Below are positions 55,628-64,000 of a DNA stretch of 64,000 nt, piece after piece. The DNA comes from Eledone cirrhosa (taxonomy: Eukaryota), in the NCBI GenBank assembly GCA_964016885.1, contig OZ024741.1, positions 289,788,001 through 289,852,000 on the forward strand. Reading direction: 5' to 3'. The notes under the pieces are model-generated. The model did not search any database. It was not told the DNA's origin and saw nothing but the letters and a program-made list of their open reading frames with translations. Position 1 is the stretch's first letter; each line of letters opens with the position of its first letter. The position numbers were made by a program, and so were the translations under genes.

Positions 55628-55978
55628 GCAGCATGGCCGAAATTGTTAAGAAGTACGCTTTGCAACCATTAAGTCATGGTTTCGATCCCACTGTGTGGTA
55701 CCTTAGACAAGTGTCATTTTCCATAGCCTCGGACCGTCCCATGCCTTGTTAGTGAAATTAGGTAGAGGGAAAATATTTGGAATCCCGTCGGTTGAATTAT
55801 ATTTGTAATTCGAAGGGCTAGACTTGTTATATTCTGTGTCACAGTGAATCTTCCTGAGAATTATGCTAAGGGTACACGTGGCTATGGAATGCTCAGTCAC
55901 TTACACTTTAATTTCATGAGTAGGCTGTTCTGTTGATCGTATAACTTGTAACAGTGATCACGAAACCGACGGTGGCCC
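55628..55978 (+). mobile_element. tRNA-derived SINE with CORE-like motif, joined to the 3' half of the 52431-type SINE
   Basis: A-box TGGCCGAAATTG (55634), B-box GGTTTCGATCCC (55678-89), CCTTAGACAAGT (55701-12) resembling the CORE-SINE motif CCTTGGGCAAGT. After ~55790 it aligns to 52550-52710. Confidence 0.72.
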
Positions 55979-56187
55979 ATTCCAATAAGAGGAAAGCATC
56001 TATCGTAGCATCTCTCTTTGAAAAAGACGGCCAGCTTTGATAATATTATCTGAAATAAACTGTCTGGAAAGACGAGATGGTCATAACTGGAATGTTTTTG
56101 AAATTAGGTCTGGTCGAACAGTAATTGCAATACTAACAACAGCAATTACAACATTAACAACGTCAACAACAACATATGCTTCTGTTA

Positions 56188-56189
<2 letters not shown>

Positions 56190-56271
<82 letters not shown>

Positions 56272-56292
56272 TGTGTGTGTGTGTGTGTGTGT
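56190..56292. repeat. (GT)n microsatellite
   Basis: GT run. Confidence 0.97.
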
Positions 56293-56912
56293 GCATGTGT
56301 GTACCAGTTTTGTGAAGACCAGTTCGTAGTTTTTTTACTTACATAATATTTGTTTTGTGAAGTGTTGTCTCGTGCGTTTTGAAAGTATATGTGCAGAGGA
56401 TCTGTTTGAAATTCTGCCTTGTGTGTTTCATCGTCTGAATGACGTTCCAAACGTGAACACACCGTCGATATTTTTACAAAATTCACATAGGTAATTAATA
56501 ATCAAGTCGTTGTTGCTATTGTTTTATTGTTGGTATTGTTATTTTTTGATGATGATAATGATGATGATGATGATCATCATCATCATCATTGTTACTACCC
56601 TTCTCCTCCTCCTTCTCTACAGTTCTTTGACGTTCCTTAATAAAGCGACACACACCCTCCTCTCCTAACTCCCTCGCACCACCACAGTTACACACGCACA
56701 TCACAGTTACAAACACGCACTCAACCTAGATGACACACACACACACACAACTCTACATACACACATGCATCTCTGTGCACACACACACATACACACACGA
56801 TTTTACATAGACACCACTCTCCGTAAACACACTACTGCACACACACACCTCACTGTAAAACACACAGTCACACAGTAATTCACGCAAACGCACTGTACAA
56901 TAGACTGCACAT

Positions 56913-58522
56913 CACTACACTTCACAACACTATACTATACTACACTACACTACACTTCACAACACTATACTATACTACACTACACTACACTACACTTCAC
57001 AACACTATACTATACTACACTACACTACACTTCACAACACTATACTATACTACACTACACTACACTTCACAACACTATACTATACTACCCTACACTACAC
57101 TACACTTCACAACACTATACTATACTACACCACACTACACTTCACGACACTATACTATACTACACTACACTACACTACACTACACTATACTTCACAACAC
57201 TATACTATACTACACTACACTACACTACACTTCACAACAACACTATACTATACTACACTACACTACACTTCACAACAACACTATACTATACTACACTACA
57301 CTACACTACACTACACTTCACAACAACACTATACTATACTACACTACACTACACTTCACAACAACACTATACTATACTACACTACACTACACTACACTAC
57401 ACTACACTATACTATACTACACTACACTACACTACACTACACTACACTACACTACACTACACTACACTACACTACACTTCACAGCACTATACTATACTAC
57501 ACTACACTACACTTCACAACACTACACTACACTACACTACACTACACTACACTACACTACACTACACTACACTACACTACACTACACTATACTACACTAC
57601 ACTACACTACACTACACTTCATAACCCTATACTACACTACCCTATACTACACTTCACAACCCTATACTACACTACACTACACTTCACAGCCCTATACTAC
57701 ACTACACTATACTACACTACACTACACTTCACAATCCTATACTACACTACACTAAACTACTCTACACTACACTAGACTTCACAACCCTACACTACACTAC
57801 ACTACACTACACTACACTACACTACACTACACTACACTACACTACACTACACTACACTACACTTCACAACCCTATACTACACTACACTACTCTACACTAC
57901 ACTACACTACACTTCACAACCCTACACTACACTACACGACACTACACTACACTACACTTCACAACCCTATACTTCACTACACTACACTATACTACACTAC
58001 ACTACACAACACTTCACAACACTATATTATACTACACTACACTACACTTCACTTCACAACCCTATACTACACTACCCTACACATCACAGCCCTATACTAC
58101 ACTACACTATACTACACTACACTACACTTCACAATCCTATACTACACTACACTAAACTACACAACACTACACTAGACTTCACAACCCTATACTACACTAC
58201 ACTACACTACACTACACTACACTACACTACACTACACTACACTACACTACACTACACTTCACAACCCTATACTACACTACACTACACTACACTACACTTC
58301 ACAACCCTATACTACACTACACTACTCTACACTACACTACACTACACTTCACAACCCTACACTACACTACACGACACTACACTACACTTCACAACCCTAT
58401 ACTTCACTACACTATACTACACTACACTACACTACACAACACTTCACAACACTATATTATACTACACTACACTACACTACACTTCACTTCACAACCCTAT
58501 ACTACTCTACACTACACTACAC
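56913..58522. repeat. Pentamer satellite (CACTA/TACTA)n punctuated by CTTCACAA
   Basis: 5-bp periodicity over ~1.6 kb with 35-40 bp compound units at the start. Confidence 0.97.
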
Positions 58523-59009
58523 CATTCCATGAACATACATACAGAACTCTGTATACACACATACACCAGACAGCACGGCATTACACTACACTACACCGCT
58601 TCACACTACTCCATTGTCAAACACACATGAACACTATTATACACTTACACACACATACACATATATACACACATACATATATGCACACACAATCATACAC
58701 ACGAGCATAGAGAGTTCAGTACTTTACACTACACAAAACAGTCACACTTTAGACATGATAGCTGCGAGGCAAATCAAGACTCGAGACTAAACGAATAAAC
58801 GAGAATATGTTGAAGTACAATTGTAGGTGGTGGGGAAAGTAGCGGAGTCGGGGAATAAAAGGATGTGACTTTGGTGCTGTTGTTGTTGTTGTTGTTTATA
58901 GTGTGACTGTGGTGTTAGTGATGGTGGTGGTTATAGTAATGGTGGTCCTGTAGGTGGCAATGATAGTGGTAGTTTTGTTGGTAGTTTAGTGTTGGTAGAG
59001 AGATAGTGG

Positions 59010-59878
59010 TGTTAGTGATTGTGGTAGTGTTGGTGGTAGTATTGGTGGTAGTGTTAGTGGTAGTGTTGATGGAAGTATTGGTGGTAGTGTTAGTGACAGT
59101 GTTGGTGGTAGTATGGTGGTAGTGTTAGTGGAAGTGTTGGTGGTAGTATGGTGGTAGTGTTAGTGGTAGTGTTGGTGGTAGTGTCGGTGGTAGTGTTGGT
59201 GGTAGTATTAGTGGTAGTGTTAGTGGAAGTGTTGGTGGTAGTATGGTGGTAGTGTTAGTGGTAGTGTTGGTGGTAGTGTCGGTGGTAGTGTTGGTGTTAG
59301 TATTAGTGGTAGTGTTAGTGGAAGTGTTGGTGGTAGTATGGTGGTAGTGTTGGTGGTATTGTTGGTGGTAGTGAAAGTGTTGTAGTGTTAGTGGGAGTGT
59401 TGGTGGTAGTGTTGGTGGTTGTGTTGGTGGTGGTGTTGGTGGTAATTTTGGTGGTAGTATGGTGGTAGTGTTAGTGGTAGTGTTGGTGGTAGTGTTGGTG
59501 GTAGTGTTGGTGGTAGTGTCGGTGGTAGTGTTGGTGATAGTGTTGATGGTAGTGTTTGTGGGAGTGTTGGTGGTAGTATTGGTGGTAGTGTTAGTGGGAG
59601 TGTTGGTGGTTGTGTTGGTGGTAGTGTTGGTGGTAATTTTGGTGGTAGTATGGTGGTAGTGTTAGTGGTAGTGTTGGTGGTAGTGTCGGTGGTAGTGTTG
59701 GTGGTAGTATTGGTGGTAGTGTTAGTGATAGAGTTGGTGGTAGTGTTGGTGGTAGTGTTGGTGGTAGTGTTAGTGGTAGTGTTGGTGGTAATTTTGGTGG
59801 TAGTGTTGGTGGTAGTGTTAGTGGTAGAGTTGGTGGTAGTGTTGGTGGTAGTGTTAGTGGTAGAGTTGGTGGTAGTTT
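59010..59878. repeat. 12-bp minisatellite (GGTGGTAGTGTT)n, imperfect
   Basis: 12-bp periodicity with AGT/GGT variants and occasional 11-bp units (GGTGGTAGTAT). Confidence 0.93.
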
Positions 59879-60069
59879 TAATGTGAGTTTGGAGGTATTG
59901 TTGTTGGTAGTGTTATAGCGCTGGTGGTAGTCATAGCGGTAGTGCTGGTGGTAGTGTTGGTTGTAGTGCTGGTGGTTGTTATAGTGGTAGTGCTGGTGGT
60001 AGTGTTGGTTGTAGTGCTGGTGGTAGTTATAGTGGCAGTGTTAGTGGTACTGATAGTGGTAGTTCTGGT

Positions 60070-62287
60070 AGTAGTGTTGGTGGTAGTGTTAGTGGTAGTG
60101 ATAGTGGCAGTCATAGTGGTAGTGTTGGTGGTAGTGTTAGTGGTAGTGATAGTGGCAGTCATAGTGGTAGTGATAGTGGCAGTCATAGTGGTAGTGTTGG
60201 TGGTAGTGTTAGTGGTAGTGATAGTGGCAGTCATAGTGGTAGTGTTGGTTGTAGTGTTAGTGGTAGTGATAGTGGCAATTATAGTAGTAGTATTGGTGGT
60301 AGTGTTAGTGGTAGTGATAGTGGCAGTCATAGTGGTAGTGTTGGTTGTAGTGTTAGTGGTAGTGATAGTGGCAATTATAGTAGTAGTATTGGTGGTAGTG
60401 TTAGTGGTAGTGATAGTGGCAGTTATAGTAGTAGTATTGGTGGTAGTGTTAGTGGTAGTGATAGTGGCAGTTATAGTGGTAGTGTTGGTGGTAGTGTTAG
60501 TGGTAGTGATAGTGGCAGTTATAGTGGTAGTGTTGGTGGTAGTGTTAATGGTAGTGATAGTGGCAATTATAGTGGTAGTGTTAGTGGTAGTGATAGTGGC
60601 AGTTATAGTGGTAGTGTTGGTGGTAGTGTTAGTGGTAGTGATAGTGGCAGTTATAGTGGTAGTGTTGGTGGTAGTGTTAATGGTAGTGATAGCGGCAGTT
60701 ATAGTGGTAGTGTTGGTGGTAGTGTTAGTGATAGTGATAGTGGCAATTATAGTGGTAGTGTTGGTGGTAGTGTTAGTGGTAGTGATAGTGGCAGTCATAG
60801 TAGTAGTATTGGTGGTAGTGTTAGTGGTAGTGATAGTGGCAGTTATAGTGGTAGTGTTGGTGGTAGTGTTAGTGGTAGTGATAGTGGCAATTATAGTGGT
60901 AGTGTTGGTGGTAGTGTTAGTGGTAGTGATAGTGGCAGTCATAGTAGTAGTATTGGTGGTAGTGTTAGTGGTAGTGATAGTGGCAGTTATAGTGGTAGTG
61001 TTGGTGGTAGTGTTAGTGATAGTGATAGTGGCAATTATAGTGGTAGTGTTGGTGGTAGTGTTAGTGGTAGTGATAGTGGCAATTATAGTAGTAGTATTGG
61101 TGGTAGTGTTAGTGGTAGTGATAGTGGCAGTTATAGTGGTAGTGTTGGTGGTAGTGTTAGTGGTAGTGATAGTGGCAGTTATAGTGGTAGTGTTGGTGGT
61201 AGTGTTAGTGGTAGTGATAGTGGCAGTCATAGTAGTAGTATTGGTGGTAGTGTTAGTGGTAGTGATAGTGGTAGTTATAGTGGTAGTGTTGGTGGTAGTG
61301 TTAGTGGTAGTGATAGTGGCAGTCATAGTAGTAGTATTGGTGGTAGTGTTAGTGGTAGTGATAGTGGCAGTTATAGTGGTAGTGTTGGTGGTAGTGTTAG
61401 TGGTAGTCATAGTGGCAGTCATAGTAGTAGTATTGGTGGTAGTGTTAGTGGTAGTGATAGTGGCAGTTATAGTGGTAGTGTTGGTGGTAGTGTTAGTGGT
61501 AGTGATAGTGGCAGTTATAGTAGTAGTATTGGTGGTAGTGTTAGTGGTAGTGATAGTGGCAGTCATAGTGGTAGTGTTGGTGGTAGTGTTAGTGGTAGTG
61601 ATAGTGGCAATTATAGTGGTAGTGTTGGTGGTAGTGTTAGTGGTAGTGATAGTGGCAGTCATAGTAGTAGTATTGGTGGTAGTGTTAGTGGTAGTGACAG
61701 TGGCAGTTATAGTGGTAGTGTTGGTGGTAGTGTTAGTGGTAGTGATAGTGGCAATTATAGTGGTAGTGTTGGTGGTAGTGTTAGTGGTAGTGATAGTGGC
61801 AGTCATAGTAGTAATATTGGTGGTAGTGTTAGTGGTAGTGATAGTGGCAGTTACAGTGGTAGTGTTGGTGGTAGTGTTAGTGGTAGTGATAGTGGCAGTC
61901 ATAGTAGTAGTATTGGTGGTAGTGTTAGTGGTAGTGACAGTGGCAGTTATAGTGGTAGTGTTGGTGGTAGTGTTAGTGGTAGTGATAGTGGCAGTTATAG
62001 TAGTAGTATTGGTGGTAGTGTTAGTGGTAGTGATAGTGGCAGTCATAGTGGTAGTGTTGGTGGTAGTGTTAGTGGTAGTGATAGTGGTAGTCATAGTAGT
62101 AGTATTGGTGGTAGTGTTAGTGGTAGTGATAGTGGCAGTTATAGTGGTAGTGTTGGTGGTAGTGTTAGTGGTAGTGATAGTGGCAGTTATAGTAGTAGTA
62201 TTGGTGGTAGTGTTAGTGGTAGTGATAGTGGCAGTCATAGTAGTAGTATTGGTGGTAGTGTTAGTGGTAGTGATAGTGGTAGTGTTG
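60070..62287. repeat. 48-bp satellite (4 x 12-bp subunits), ~46 copies
   Basis: Unit AGTGGTAGTGTT GGTGGTAGTGTT AGTGGTAGTGAT AGTGGCAGTYAT. GGC marker at 60106 and 60154; 16-aa period in the ORF track. Confidence 0.97.
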
Positions 62288-62410
62288 ACAATGTCAAAGT
62301 GTTTTTTAAACGTTCTCTTTAATTTCTCCGACAGTGATGGTGTGATTACATGGCCGACAATTTTGTTCTTATTGTTGTTATTGTTGCTGTTGCTGGTGTT
62401 GTTGTGGTTG

Positions 62411-62445
<35 letters not shown>

Positions 62446-62593
62446 ATGGGTGGTGTTAGTAGTGGTAAGAGGATGTGATTGTATGCGTGTGTAGTTGTAT
62501 GTGTATGTCAGTTGACCGACGTATACTTCAGTATGTAGGACTGTGCTTGTGTTTGTTGGAAAGACGATGCAATTGTGCGTGCGTGTGTGTGTA

Positions 62594-62760
62594 GCTATGA
62601 GTGATTGCATGTTGGTTGGTATATGAATGTGTGTGTGTGTATGTGTATGCGTATGTGTATGTGTGTGGAGCTATGAGTGATTGCATGTTGGTTGATATAT
62701 GAATGTCTGTGTGTATGTGTGTAACTGAGTGATTGCATGTTGGTTGATATATGAATGCGT
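62594..62760. repeat. Three copies of a 32-bp motif separated by GT-rich spacers
   Basis: TGAGTGATTGCATGTTGGTTGRTATATGAATG at 62598, 62674 and 62726. Confidence 0.9.
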
Positions 62761-63199
62761 GTGTGTCTGTTTGTGTGTGTGTGTGTGTGTGGTTATGTGA
62801 ATCTGTGTGTGTGGTTATGTGTGTCTGTGTACGTGCATTTGCGATTATATGTGTATATGTTTGTCACACGTCTATTGCTATATGCGTGAAACGACATTAA
62901 TTAAAGTTGTAGTTAAACGGGGGTGAACTGCTGCTGCTGCTGCTGATGATGATGGTGTTTATGTTAATGATGATGATAATGATGATGATGATGACGATGG
63001 TGGCGATGACGTTTATGATGATGACGATGACAATGGCCGCAATAATGCTTATGATGATGATGGTGGTGGTGATAGTGAGGGTGGTAGTTGTTGTGCTGTG
63101 TTGGGGGTGGTGTTGTTAGTGGTGGTGGCGGTGTTGGTTGTAGTGTTGCTGTTGGCAGTGGTGGTTGTAATGGTGGTGGTGGTGGTGGTGTTGTTGTTG

Positions 63200-64000
63200 G
63201 GGATGGTGTTGTTGTTGTTGGTGGTGGTGGCGGTAGTGGTAGTAGTGCTGGTAGTGGTAATATTGGTGGTTGTGTTTGTGGTGTTGGTGTTGGTGGTGTT
63301 GGTTGTAGTGTTGATAGTGTTGGTGGTGTTGGTGGTGGTGTTGTTGGTGGTGGTAGTGGTAGTGGTGGTGGTGTTGGTGGTAGTAGTGCTGGTAGTGGTA
63401 ATATTGGTGGTAGTGTTGGTGGTGGTTGTGTTGTTGGTGGTGGTGGTGTTGGTTGTAGTGTTGATAGTGTTGGTGGTGTTGGTTGTGGTGTTGTTGGTGG
63501 TGGTAGCGGTAGTGGTGGTGGTGTTGGTGGTAGTAGTGCTGGTAGTGGTAATATTGGTGGTAGTGTTGTTGTTGGTGGTGTTGTTGGTGGTGGTGGTGTT
63601 GGTTGTAGTGTTGGTAGTGTTGGTGGTGGTGTTGTTGGTGGTGGTAGCGGTAGTGGTGGTGGTGTTGGTGGTAGTAGTGCTGGTAGTGGTAATATTGGTG
63701 GTAGTGTTGGTGGTGGTGTTGTTGGTGGTGGTAGTGTTGGTTGTAGTGTTGGTAGTGTTGGTGGTGGTGTTGTTGGTGGTGGTAGTGGTAGTGGTGGTGG
63801 TGTTGGTGGTAGTAGTGCTGGTAGTGGTAATATTGGTGGTAGTGTTGGTGTTGGTTGTGTTGTTGGTGGTGGTGGTGTTGGTTGTAGTGTTGGTAGTGTT
63901 GGTGGTGGTGTTGTTGGTGGTGGTAGTGGTAGTGGTGGTGGTGTTGGTGGTAGTAGTGCTGGTAGTGGTAATATTGGTGGTAGTGTTGGTGGTGGTTGTG
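63200..64000. repeat. ~141-bp GGT-rich tandem repeat, continues beyond right edge
   Basis: Marker GGTAGTGGTAATATTGG at 63250, 63391, 63541, 63682, 63820 and 63961 (spacings 141, 150, 141, 138, 141). Confidence 0.92.

Noticed and set aside
56913-58522. CACTA-superfamily transposon
   Set aside because: CACTA here is a tandem pentamer, with no terminal inverted repeat pair, 3-bp TSD or transposase.
59878-62610. 910-aa Thr-rich mucin-like ORF and the opposite 856-aa Val-rich ORF
   Set aside because: Translations of the 48-bp satellite; the non-repeat ends are microsatellite-like with no recognisable domain.
62594-62760. CRISPR-like repeat-spacer pattern
   Set aside because: Only three copies, and the spacers are GT microsatellite.

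Overview
Non-coding, repeat-dense eukaryotic DNA; no intact gene is supportable. The tRNA-derived SINEs resemble octopus SINE families as I recall them, so a cephalopod origin is my inference. Positions 1 to ~47.45 kb are a single satellite of a 21-bp monomer (ACTAGTGTTGTTATTGTTGTT, ~2,260 copies, continuing past the left edge) with nested higher-order duplications; all giant ORFs there are artefacts. Positions 47.6-56.5 kb hold SINEs (a tandem dimer, a probable chimera), a mariner-derived MITE, a hAT-type MITE and microsatellites. The most notable feature is a 5'-truncated Penelope-like retroelement (49288-51068) between (TA)n tracts, with a decayed GIY-YIG endonuclease frame and 320-bp inverted pseudo-LTRs. 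The right pseudo-LTR carries a hammerhead ribozyme with an intact core, palindromic stem III and a 75-nt loop II; the left copy has a core mutation. Positions 56.9-64 kb hold further satellites (CACTA 5-mer, 12-mer, 48-mer, ~141-mer). All alignments and counts were done by eye.
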